Below are positions 25,409 to 37,088 of a DNA stretch of 64,000 nt, piece after piece. Both the position numbers and the translations under genes were made by a program. The DNA lies in assembly GCA_028534125.1 (NCBI GenBank), contig CM052816.1:72976001-73040000 (forward strand), given 5' to 3'. Numbering within the stretch: the first letter of the stretch is position 1; the number at the start of each line of letters is the position of its first letter. The notes under the pieces were generated by a model. It saw nothing but the letters and a program-made list of their open reading frames with translations, did not search any database and had not been told where the DNA came from. This DNA is from Lama glama (taxonomy: Eukaryota).

Positions 25409-25801
25409 GAATTTACCAATACTGAACTGAATCTGAGCAGCCAAAATGGCAATCACCTATGGTTTCACCAAACGTCCAGTAATTTTTCTGTCTGGATGAT
25501 GACTGGTATGCACCCCAAACTTGGGGGAGTCAAGGCAGCTAAAACCTGTGTCCTAAGTGGAGTGGGTGGGGACTCGGGACAGTTAAAGAAGGAAATACTA
25601 TTTAAATTGTTGTTTTAAAGATAAGCATCAAGCATCAATTTAAATTGTTGTTTTAAAGAGAAAGAGAAAGTGGGTTTGGGGAAGGACAAGCCCTAGGAAA
25701 GACAGAGCATAAGAAATAGGAACACTTTTTGGCAAAGAGCAGCTTGCAGTGTTTCTAATTCATAGCTCGAGTCTGATGGTGACATGGACATCGGAAAACC
25801 A

Positions 25802-26276
25802 GGGTGCTTGTTTACCAGCATGGCCGTAATCAAGGACTTTAAACACGGTGGCTTAAACAGCAGAAATTTATTATCTCACAGTTTCAAAAGCTATAAGTCT
25901 AAGAACAAGATGTCATCGGGGTTGATTCCTTTTGAGGGCTGTGAGGAAGGGTCTGTTCCATGCCTTTCCCCGGGCTTCTAGTGGTTTGCTGGCAATCTTT
26001 AGTGTTCCTTGATGTGTAGACACATCACTCCAATCTCTGCCTTCATGTTCACGTGGCGTTCTCCCCGTGTGTGTAACTGTGTGCAAATCTCCCCTTTTTA
26101 TATGGATAACAGTCATACCAAATCAAGGCCCATACTAGTGAGGTAATTTTATCTTGACTGCCTCTGTGAAGAACCTGTCTCCAAACAAGGTCACATTCTG
26201 AGATACTGGAGGCGAGTACGAGGTGAATATTCATTCAAAATATGCATTTGAGGAGGAAGCAGTTCAACCTATAACA
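25802..26276 (-). mobile_element. MaLR solo LTR (MLT1C-like)
   Basis: ggtggcttaaacagcagaaatttattatctcacagtt, ggcttctagtggtttgctggcaatcttt, aaggtcacattctgagatactgg; ends ttcaacctataaca. Confidence 0.92.
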
Positions 26277-26419
26277 ACCACTTACAGCATTTATCCACAA
26301 TTCAGAGAAGCAATAAAGGGCACTGAGGCTAATCACAGGTAGGATATTAAGAAAACACATGATATCTAAACTGTAAGTCAACAGGAGGGACGCGCTGAAT
26401 CTAAAAATAGGGTAAGAAG

Positions 26420-26640
26420 AAAAGAAGAATTGAAGTTGACATCAAATATCTTTCTCAAGGAAACTTGGGAGTTGGTGAGGCCTTTAACTGAAAGAGGAAA
26501 CATGAATTTTTAAAAAGTCACTGTTAGAGAGGTATGTATGAGAACTAGGTAATGCTTGTGTTTTGAGATGTTGAATTTGAAGTACAGGCAGAACACTTAA
26601 CTGGAGACATCTCATAGGCCATGCGATTTGGGGTCCAGAG
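26420..26640 (-). mobile_element. LINE-2 fragment
   Basis: gttttgagatgttgaatttgaagtac...ggagacatctcataggc is antisense L2-like sequence. Confidence 0.6.
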
Positions 26641-26649
26641 CCCTGGGGT

Positions 26650-26850
26650 TAGAATTCTGGGGTTCAACTCTCAACTCTTCTTTTTCCATTGTGACTTTGG
26701 ACAGGGCATCTATATTTTCTAAGCTGCAGTGTCTTTGTAAGATGTGCACGGTAGTAATGTTCAAGGTGTTGTTGGAGGATTAAAGATATAAGCCATGTGA
26801 GACAGCTTAGTGCCGGGCACTATGAAAGCATTTAATATTTGATTGCTGTT
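26650..26850 (+). mobile_element. MIR SINE
   Basis: gggttcaactc...tgtgactttggaca...gttgttggaggattaaaga...gcttagtgccgggcac. Confidence 0.75.
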
Positions 26851-27373
26851 GTGTTATCATAATCACTATTGCTAACTTTAGCAATGTTGGTACAAGGGAT
26901 AGACATGCATGACTGTAAATGGACAGTGACATGGAAAAGTGAGCTAATGTCCTAGCAAAACAGGAGAAAAAGGACACCAAAGGTTAAAAAAAAAAATCTC
27001 AGGAGCAAGATATGTTCCTTCTACCTTTTATAGAAGATAGTAAGAGGAAGGAAGATGCTGCCATCTGTGCTTAATATGTATACCCTGTGCCCCAAATTAT
27101 GCCTGGTTTATTGTGATTCATTAACATAGTACAATAACTCTTTAAGAATTACTAATTAATTCCTCTGAAAAACATTTAGGCATTCTGTAAATATATAAGT
27201 AATAAGTAATAACAGTAGTTTCCTTCTCTACTGATAAGAAATCTTGTTCTGTACTTAAATGTTAATGTTACTACCTTCACCCACTCATCACTATGAGGAG
27301 TTGATCATAGCAAGTAAGACTTGAAAGGGACTTTGATATCAGAGCTCTATTTTAATAAAAGTAGTAGTATTTA

Positions 27374-27610
27374 TATTCTGTAAATAAGTTCACTTGTGTC
27401 ATTTTTTCATACTCCATATATAAGTAATATCATACGGTATTTGTTTTTCTCTGTCTTACTTCTCTTAGTATGATATAACTCATTTTGCTGTACACCAGAA
27501 ATAAATACAACATTGTAAATCAACTATACTTCAATAAAAAGAAACCAAAAACCCCAAATGAATTTTAAACACTTATATTTATCTATAAAAAATGAATCTT
27601 GTAAAAAAAA
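27374..27610 (+). mobile_element. Short LINE-1 insertion: inverted 5' segment, L1 3' terminus, extra non-L1 sequence and a second poly(A)
   Basis: Antisense L1 at ~27374-27473 (similar to 6140-6200), sense L1 end at ~27474-27540, A-run from 27603. The 17-bp flanks aaaagtagtagtattta (27357-27373) and aaaaggagtaatattta (27611-27627) match at 15/17. Confidence 0.85.
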
Positions 27611-28199
27611 AAAAGGAGTAATATTTACCCTTCAATAAATGCCCATGACTTTTCAAAATCTTCCCTTAGGAAAAAAGATAAAAATTCTAACCTGTCAAGG
27701 ATATACTTGCACTCACAATCACACTTTGTGAAATTGCCCAAGCTTCTCTCTTTCTTGAGACCCACAAAGGAAAGAGCTGAGGAAGACTGAAAAGGCAAAT
27801 GACATGCTCCATAGAAATACGATTTACCACCCACATTGCCACAGAGTGGAAATGTGCACGTATTGAATTGAACACTTACCTGTTAAATGACAGTGAAATC
27901 AGGTGTAAGCCTGCGTGAAATTGGACAAAAGTGCTTCTCTTCTCAATATTTCAGAGTGTAATTTATAAATTTTGTAACATTAAACTCTTAGAATCTTAGA
28001 CATAACAACAGATTTTTAAAGTTAATGTTTTTCAAAATCACTCCTGATTTGAGAATTCTGGCTAGAGCTTTTTCAGAGGGAGAACAGGAAGAGTTGAGTG
28101 AAAGTGATTATTCACTGGACACGACCGTGTTTAACTGCCAAACAAATGACCACACTGAGTGCAGGAGAAGCAGTTTGGAACAATCTGAGATAGAGCGAT

Positions 28200-28375
28200 A
28201 CAAGTTTAGAGCTGAAGCGGTCCCTCAGGGAACATCTTATCTTATCCCTACATTTTATTTATGAAGAAACTAAACTCAGAGAGTTCAAGTGACGTTTTTA
28301 TGAAGTCATAATGACTGAACGGTAGACTGGAATTATGCCTTCTGATTCTGAGACTAGCGTTTATTCCATTGGCTC
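28200..28375 (-). mobile_element. MIR SINE
   Basis: MIR core cattttatttatgaagaaactaaactcagagagttcaagtgac. Confidence 0.7.
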
Positions 28376-29034
28376 ATGCTGACCAATTAGAGAAAGCGAG
28401 CATTCAAAGCAGCATCCCTTAGTGAATGTAATATTCTTTCTGTGCTAATCCAGTTGGGGTTGAGGGGAGGATAAAAATGTCAGTTTTCCTCTCCATCCAC
28501 CACACAAACTAGGACAGTGTTATTGAAAGGCCCAGCAGAATCTTAAATACAAAATGGTCCAGCCTCCTGAAAAAGAGGCATCGTGAAGGAAGGAAGCGCT
28601 TGTTGAATGGCTTGGCCCATTAAATAAAACAAGAAGACACGAGGTCATTTCCCTGCTCTGCTGCGGCTGCCATGATCCCTGGGGGAGGGAGTGGGCCGAG
28701 GAGGGAGAAGGTAGGTGAGGCTAGGAATGGACGGACAAGGAACTGCAATCTCGGTAAATTAGATGTAGCTTTACTTTAAGCTTTGCAAACTTTAATTAAG
28801 ATTACAGGCTGATTTCCAGCCAAACCAAGGCATGTGGGCCTGAGTCAGTCTTCAGTATTCCTAAGCTCCTTGAAGGAAAAACAAAGCAATACAATACAAA
28901 ACAGAACAACCACAAAACACGTGCAGGACGATCACACCTAAGCAACACACAACACGTCTGTCACACAACTTGATAAACTTGGTAAGTACTGTGTGTGTGC
29001 GTGTGTGTGTGAAAAGTGTATTTATATTATACTT

Positions 29035-29657
29035 TGTGGGTTCGTCACCAGTTGTGGGTTCTGGCCAGCAGAAGTTCCACTGAGACAGAATGAGTTACTC
29101 AGGACTCTGGGGAAAAGTCAAGAGAGCGAGAGGGAGTCGGGAGGCAACTCCACGAGCCTCTCAAATCTCTCATGTTTACTGAGTACAGTCGAAGCAGGAA
29201 TTTGGGGAAGGACAGGGTGGGATCACAATGAGTACAAAGGCTTTGTTTATTGTTGGTGTTTGGCTCAAGGTCAGAAGACCCTTTTTGGTGAATCATAATC
29301 GTGTTGAGCCTTTCAGCTTTATCAGGGCAGAAAGTATGAGAATAATCACCTGCTTAACAAGATTTTTCTTGGACTCAGGCGGCTGTGCCTGTCTTAGGTT
29401 GCCCCCTCAGGGGATCTTACCCATCATGGGCTAACCAGCCTTCTCACATCTGAGTCTGCAGCTTTTTATAAGTTGTTTACCATTCCAGCCCAAGGCTGTT
29501 TTGGGGATAGAAGACTAACTGCAGGCACGCCCAGCGTTTATAGCCGGGGGCCTGGGTCATTGCTAAAACCTCAAGGCAGATACTAAGCACATCTTCTTTA
29601 AGGAGGTAAGTGGCTGGGATCTGTTACAATTTGTTAACCCAATCATGGGCTCCCACA
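29035..29657 (-). mobile_element. Young solo LTR, probably class II (ERVK/betaretrovirus-like)
   Basis: 623 bp with perfect inverted termini tgtggg...cccaca and a perfect 6-bp TSD atactt (29029-29034 and 29658-29663). The minus strand has TATAAAAA (~29463-29470) followed by AATAAA (~29246-29251). Confidence 0.9.
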
Positions 29658-29770
29658 ATACTTGACTGTATATATATAGAATAACTCCGGAAGGATTAAC
29701 AAGAACCAATAACATACATTAACTCATTTGCAGGAACTTAGGGGTCTGAGGATAGGTGTGGATGGAGGGG

Positions 29771-29827
29771 TTTTTTTTTTACATTTTTAAAAATAGCAGT
29801 ATAGTTGATTTACAACGTTGTATTAGT
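29771..29827 (-). mobile_element. Tiny LINE-1 3' terminus
   Basis: Poly(T) followed by gtatagttgatttacaacgttgtattagt, the reverse complement of the L1 end seen at ~27505-27530. Confidence 0.7.
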
Positions 29828-30074
29828 GACAGTGCTGTTTTAAAAGTGAGAATCTGAAGCTTGACCCCTTTCTATTCCCCGGCTTTTTCAGATCTGACCT
29901 TTTCAGCAATTCAAGGCTTCTCCCCAAATGATGCTTGCTTTCCTGTCTAACCCATAGCGATGTTGAACATATTTTTATTTATTGGGATTAGTGAGGTTGA
30001 GAGAAAACAATTACTTCCTGGTCAGAAATAAGCCTTATTTTGCTGCACAGTGAGGAGAACTAGACCTTTCTGAG

Positions 30075-30270
30075 TCTCTCTGTGATAAGCAGTGTCAGGG
30101 ACCTTCACGTGCACATTCCATCTGATCTCCTCCATCATTCTGTGCAGATGAGAAAACTGAAGCTGAGTGAGTTCAAGTGACTTTTCCAAATGACTGGAAA
30201 GTGGCAGAGAAGGATTGCAAACAAAGCACACCAACTAAAAACTCCTAGACTTCTTTATCCCCCATTGTAT
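30075..30270 (-). mobile_element. MIR SINE
   Basis: cagatgagaaaactgaagctgagtgagttcaagtgacttttccaa. Confidence 0.8.
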
Positions 30271-31699
30271 CTCAGTGTCTTTGCCATGAAAAATTTACTG
30301 GAATAATCAGAGTTTGTGAATAAGTATACTTGTATCATATATACATATAGACTTTCTATCTTATTCTTTTATGATTAGAAATCCTGATTTTTGCTATTTT
30401 CCATCCATCCTGAAGAATAGGAAAATTGACACCAAACCAATCCACCTCCTAATATGAGTTCTAATAAATAATTACATTGATTATTCATCAACTTTCATTA
30501 ATTCTGTAAGAATTTGATTAAATCATTTTATAAACAGCTCATCAAAGTAATTTCACAAAGGTAGCCTAGAAAAAAATGTATATTTCACTTGCATCATTCG
30601 TCCTGGGATCAAGTTCAGAATAATAAGTTGTTCCTCTTATTTTTTTTTAAAAATCAATATGACATAAACTTGGACACACATGATATGTCCATATTCTCTA
30701 AATCTGTGAGAGAATGGATCATTTTCTACAAGCATGGGATGAGTTTCTATAATATTACTATTTTATGTCTCCATTCTTAAGAATTAAATTTAGGTGCAAC
30801 ATAGTGGGGTTTTTTTCCACTTAAAAAAACAGCTTTGACTCTTGTATAGGATTCTCAGACCATCACTAATCATATTTTTATATACTCAGGTGAGGTTTCA
30901 GGTACACTCAAAGTTCCATAGAAGGAAGAGAGGATCTACTTATTAGCCATGACTATTTAGATGGCTGTCCCATTGAGTTCGTATTTCCCCTCTTTATTCA
31001 GCATTGCTGAACTACAAGACTGTGTGTAATGTCAAGGTCATCCATTTGGGCATCTTTTTGTATTCCTGTACTCAATTCAGATGGCAAGTTAGACAAGTAA
31101 GAAACTTGGCCTGAGAAGGGAAGGGAGTCCAGGGACTCAGACTCCTTCAGGATGAAGACCTGTCATGTTACCATAAGAACTGCCAAGACCAGCAAGTGTG
31201 GTATCTGAGGGTGAGGGTGATCTTGAGTGGACGGTAGTAGAAGGCATTAATCAGTTTGGCCCCAAGACCAGGTACAGAGGTTGGGGAGCAGGTTGTAATT
31301 CATCCCAATAACCTTCCTCTTGTACATTTTCCCCAGGAAGAAAGATCCAACGGAATCTAGAAGAAATGATCCTATAACAAACATGAACAAAGGTGATGTG
31401 AGAGGCAGACGCAGAGGACTGCAGTGAACAAGGAGGTGCGCTGTCAGAATCCCCTGAGTAAAGAACTTGTCCCCGCTGTACTTGTCCAATGGATGATTAA
31501 TCAGGTCTTGCACTAGGTGGACAAGAAGTTTTTTGATTAGAGACTAGTCACATCATTTATAAGCTAAAACGAAACTAAAATGAATCTCATTTTCTAGTCT
31601 TCTTTGTGCACTTTGTGGTCCAAATAAACATCTTATTTCAATCTCATCTCATTCTTGTCTGACTTTCATCTGTCTTAGTCATTATAACCATCTGTAATT

Positions 31700-32010
31700 T
31701 CTTCCCTAACCATCCCCCAACCTGTAATTCAAATCTGGTTTAAACATACTTTTCTTCATGCAATTTTGTCTGATCCTCTGAATTACAAATGATCTTCTCT
31801 TCCATTTCCCTCCATCAAGCATATTTTTTTGTGTGTCGTTTTATGCCTATAATCAGATACTGTCTTAACTACTAATAAAGATACTTGTATTTACCTTCCC
31901 TTAATTTTAAACTCTTGAAAAAAATAAAAAGACACAATTTTTTGAGTTCTTGCAATGCTATCTGAATTCTTTTAGATGTAATAATTCAATAAATATTTGT
32001 TAAGTACATT
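31700..32010 (+). mobile_element. LINE-2 3' fragment, highly decayed
   Basis: ttcaaatctggtttaaacatacttttcttcatg...ttcaataaatatttgttaa. Confidence 0.5.
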
Positions 32011-32849
32011 ATTTAACAGATTCTTAGGAAGGATAAGAAAAATGAAGCAGTGTGACAAATAATGGATAAAAATACAATTCTTTGTTAAAAAAGAAAATTA
32101 AGGTGACTAAAAATCTGGAGTTCTAAATATTTTCTCTTAGTTTGTATGATCCAGTCATTTAGTTTAAGAAAAGCCAGAAAGCATCAGATGAGCATTCCAA
32201 TTTCTCTTTGTGGAAAGTCCTGCCCTTTCTCATATTGTATAATGTGTGAGGTGGAATTCTTCACTTTTTCCCTCTAAGTATATTCCTTGTAGAGGTTGGA
32301 AGGAGAGTACTTCGCACGAGCAGGATTTTCAAGAAAATGTGATTGAACTTTAAAATAAAGAAATTCTAACTAGAAAAAAAAAATTCCATAAAGAACTTGA
32401 TGAGGCATAAATTAAAACTACTTACATTGTCAATTATCTCTGTTGCTATGAAATTCAAGTGATATGCGAAATAGATTTATTTCTACTGGTTCAAAATCAG
32501 AAGCATAATCGCCTATTCCTGAAAGAACACCCTTAGTCAAATCTAAGTGACCTTTAACTTTGAATGGTGTGCTGTTTGAGCCATCATGCTAATTTCCAAA
32601 TGACTTCAAAATGTGCATATGTGTAATATACAAATATTTCACACGATAAAGCCCAAACTTCCGTGTTTCTGTACTTCCTCTCCCCAAAGGCAAATGCTGT
32701 CTTGCCATCTCCACTTGAAACACACTATCTAATTAACTCTTATAAAGACATTGGCTGTCAGAAACAAAGACAAAATAACACACAGAGCATTTCTCTCCTA
32801 CTTAGCCCACAGAAATACACTGTCCCCAGGACCAACAGCAGAGACAGAA

Positions 32850-33045
32850 TGCTGTAATGAAAAGGACAGGAGTTCTTTCAGATGGAGGAAAACTGGAAGG
32901 TAAGCTCCGACCTTTTCCAGCAGAGCTGACCTTGGTCTATGGACTTGTTCTCTCATCTGTGCACTCAGAGTGGTTGTGAGAACTCATGCAAAGTACCTCC
33001 CACAATGACTGACTGGTCGGGAGCACTCCATAAACCTTAGTGTCC
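32850..33045 (+). mobile_element. MIR SINE
   Basis: tgaccttgg...ttctctcatctgt...cagagtggttgtgagaa...aaagtacctcccacaatgactg. Confidence 0.65.
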
Positions 33046-33292
33046 TTCTCCTGACAGAGTATTTAATATACTTAAATCAAAGTGCTTTAACTCCTTTTGA
33101 GCAGGTGTTAAAAAAGATCAAGTGCCTCACTCCAGGAATTTAGTTTCTAGAGTATTTTGAAAATTGTCTCAGCATACAGTGCGCTGGTTCTTAGCCATCC
33201 ACTCCTGACTGAACATTCTACAGGAAGTTGGTTTTGCTATGACAGCATTTTCAGGTATGTCTCCTCCTCCCCTGTTGCCTAACTATAATCGA

Positions 33293-33765
33293 TGTCATAG
33301 CCTCCGCCCCTCCCAGGAACCAAGGCTAAAGCATTTTATTAGTAGAGCAAAAGTTAGTAACGTACACCTTGGAGAATGAAGGCTGGCTAACCCAAGAAAG
33401 GAAAAATGGTGCTGCTCCTTTGTCTCTCCTGTCCTATATCCTGGTTTAGGGGCATTCTCCTGATTGATTGACAGCTCAGTCCCTTGAGTGCTTAGGCATG
33501 CTTCTCCTTTGGGCATGCTCTTACCCATGATGCACACAGAAAAACCTGTGGGAGGGGTCCAAACCACAATGCTAATTACACTATGATGAGCACTGGGTTA
33601 TGTTAAGTCTGGTCCTTCTCTCTACTGCGCAGCTGCAAAGTCCGATTCTAACCAGCTTCTTTGTTGTTGATCACTTAGAGAGAGTTAAACTCTTTGAATC
33701 CCCTTATCCTGAGTGCAGGTGTACTTCTAGATTGCTCCTTCTCTTTTCTATCTAACTGACTAACA
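33293..33765 (-). mobile_element. ERV1-like solo LTR
   Basis: The minus strand starts tgttagtcagttagata, has AATAAA ~45 nt before a ...tgaca end, and shows LTR-like composition. No convincing TSD, so the left boundary is uncertain. Confidence 0.6.
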
Positions 33766-34199
33766 ATTTTAGCTCTTTATTTCACATGGCCAATGACAGG
33801 CCAAAGTGAGCAAATCTCATCCCCATGATCTGCAGAGACGTTGGGGCTAATTGCTCTCTTTTCCACAGAAAAGGATCTGAAATGGAAAAGGGGGAGGGGA
33901 TTAACATTTATTGAATTTAATCATATGCCAGATACTAAACTGTGTACTTTATGTATTATTAACAATTATATTTTACCCTCAGCTCATACTCAGATTAGGT
34001 TGGTCTGGTTCATATTTTCATTTTGACGGCTCTAGAGTTGAGATTGGTGTTCCAATTTGTCTCATTACATATTCTTCTGAGAGCCAAAAGAGAACAAGGT
34101 AAATTGAACTTTGGAGTAATTTATGTGGTTAGGTCATTTTAAAACTCATTAAGAATTGAAAATATGAAATTTCATTGATTTTCTATGTCAGATATTACT

Positions 34200-35210
34200 A
34201 AAATTATTTTTCTGAACCTCATGTAAATATATACCAACAAATATTTGAAAAACACAGGAAAAAAAGGAAATTTAAAAATTCACTACTTGAGATGTCCACT
34301 ATTAATATTTTGTTATATAACTTCCCATAGACTTCTTATTTTACATACACATGTTACATATCATATATAACACCATACTAGAAAATACATAGAAATAGAG
34401 ACTTGTTTATTTCATAATTGTATTGAGTTTTTAATATAAAAGTAATCTATTCTCTTTGGAATATATTTTAAATTCTACAAAATTCTATTTTCAATAATCA
34501 TAGTCTTCATCTCTGGAAGCAAGTACTCTCATATTTCTCAGCTGAATTTGCTATACATATGCTGACTAGTTACCTAGACACACATGCATGTACTTGTTTT
34601 TAAATTTTACATAAATGGCACATGCATCACACATGAGTCTGAGCCTCATGTTTTAAATGTAAAGTCAACTCATATCAGTATCTACAGTAACTGTGCTGAA
34701 TGGTTTTATATTAACTTTCTCACTGTTAGTAAGATTACAAAGAAATTGTAATTATCATCATAATTTTCAAAGCTACACATCCAAAAAATATTAGAGCCAT
34801 GTTCCAAAAGAATGTGATCTGCTTTCAGTATATAATTTTAGCTAATAAATTTGGTTAATTCTAACTTTTCCCATAATTTCTGAATATTACAGATTAATTT
34901 GAATTCTGAATATTTTATCTATTTGTTAGTCTTAAATCCAGTATTTTGTTTTCTAAAATTTTCTAATGGGTCTTTTTTAATTGCGTTTATAACTTCATTG
35001 CATTATAGTTTCTAATATTTTTCAGTCAATTTTCTTAGGCTTTCCCCCCCTCTGAAAATAGTGACAATTTTTGTCTCCTTTTTTCCAATCTGTATACTTA
35101 CGTATTTCTCTTGTCAAATTATATTGAAAAGCACTTCCAGAATAATATCTGATGATAGTGGTAATAGTATTCATCTTTGACTTGTTTCTGACGTCAAAGG
35201 AAACTATTAT
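34200..35210 (-). mobile_element. Very old LINE-1 fragments (L1ME/L1M5-like), including an ORF2 RT remnant
   Basis: 35050-35205 (tctgaaaatagtgacaatttt...agcacttccagaataat...cttgtttctgacgtcaaaggaaa) is antisense ORF2 sequence. The upstream part is much more degenerate. Confidence 0.6.
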
Positions 35211-37066
35211 TTTTTTTCAAAGAAATCTAATTGCCATTAATTAGGAGATAATAAAGCACATTGAACCTAGGACATATGCTACTCTTTTTTTTATTGTTTA
35301 TCTTATTTTTCTCTGATGGAATCTGTTCATATTAGATTGATGTCTTCCAGTCCAAACAACTGGTTATTACTTCTCACTTCCTGAGACAGTGATTCCATCA
35401 GAAGTGATCTTTTTCCAACACTCTAATTTAATAAAATTTTAACGGGTAATGACTAGAGAATTTGATGTGTAAGTTAAAATACAATTTCTTTGCAATGAAA
35501 GGCATCACTCTCTCGATCTTATACTAACAAACTATCTCTCAGTTGTCTACTTTAGCATTAAAGTCTGTATCAAAATAACTCATACACCTTTCCTTAAGTT
35601 GAGCAGAGATAACCCCATGAAAGGAAGGGCTATGAGCATACAGTCTGGCGGTGCTTGCACTGACACAGATGGTCCAAGTAGACAGAAGAGCAGATTCAGG
35701 TGCTGAAATACACTTTGCATACTAAACATTGTAAAGTTATCCTAACTGCATGTTTTGCATGCATTTAAAAAACATTTAAGTAGCATGTGTTGAATTACTG
35801 AGTTTAATTCCCTAACTCAGACAACAGACTAGTGAAAGATATTATATGTTTCCCTCTACAGAAGCTGTCACATGAGACATCAAGCTTCTTCTCCAGGAGT
35901 CAGTTTAGGTACACATGTCTGGGGTCTGCTGCCAACCATGCATCTCCCCAAGCACGACCTAAGTCAGCTGCACACAAGAGCAGTGGTTTCCTTAAGCTGC
36001 ATAGCCTCACAGGACACTTAGGATGCAAGAGAGAAGAGCACCTCTTCCCTCCCTGACTCCTCGGTATACATGCTGCAAAGTTGAAAGAAGAAAACCTGGA
36101 ACTTATTATGTGCCACAGTTATTATGTTTTATTATTGTCCCCTGATCACTGAATATTTATAAAGTTATTTATTGAGCAAAGTATGAAATTTTCATTTGAT
36201 GTAGTATTCACAGTGTTTGATCAAACCATGTTTTTAGATTTATATGTAAGGATTGCAAAAAACAGTAGATTAAGCCCTCTCATTTAACAGACTAGGATAT
36301 GGGATGAGTTAAGGCTGAGTTTTCTAAAATGAGAAATCTCCATATTAAAAGTTATCAGAAAAGAGAAAAATGCTTTTGATTAAAGTCCTGGACAAGGAGA
36401 CATGAGTCATTTTATCTAGTCTTTTCCTTTAAGAAAAACACCACTTTTATGTAAAATAATTGCAACGTGTTCACAAATTCAAGTCATAGATATTTTATTC
36501 GATGCTGAGATACTGCCCTATTTTTTAAGATCTATGAACAAAAGAATATTCTCCAATCACAAGCAGTTTGCAACCTACCAGAATACACTAACATTGCCAT
36601 TTTCCCTTCTCTTTTCTTGTCATTACTATCTTTGGACACTCCACATTAGTCCTTTGTTATAACTTTTTAAAAACTCTAATACTTAGCTCTTCCACATGAA
36701 AAGTGTGGATCTAATTATCTGCATCATTTATGTTTTCTACGTAATGCCTAAAACCAAAATTAATATTCACAAACACAGGAGAGTTATTTGCATACACATG
36801 AATGCCATTCTTTTTACTGTTTTTCTGTTACTGCTAGTCAATAGGGAATTTGAGAAAAAAAATTTTAAAGACCTTTGAATAAACAAATATATTTGGCCAT
36901 GTCAGTACAAACAGTGATGCATACAGCAAATAACCTTTGGAAACAATTATTCTGTTTTGATGTTACCCTAGATGCCAGAAAAGAGTAGTAGTTTTGAGTC
37001 AGCCACCTGGTACAAATGGACAAGGCACATAACACATCTGGACTGGTTTTCTGAGCTGTAAAATGA

Positions 37067-37088
37067 GTGTGTGTGTGTGTGTGTGTGT
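37067..37088. repeat. (TG)n microsatellite within a decayed MIR-like stretch
   Basis: Directly visible. Confidence 0.9.

Noticed and set aside
25600..25660. 22-bp direct repeat atttaaattgttgttttaaaga with a short spacer
   Set aside because: Most simply a small local duplication with nothing identifiable between the copies.
28640..28960. GC-richer patch as a promoter or CpG island
   Set aside because: Too short and too CpG-poor; only isolated AP-1 and E-box motifs.
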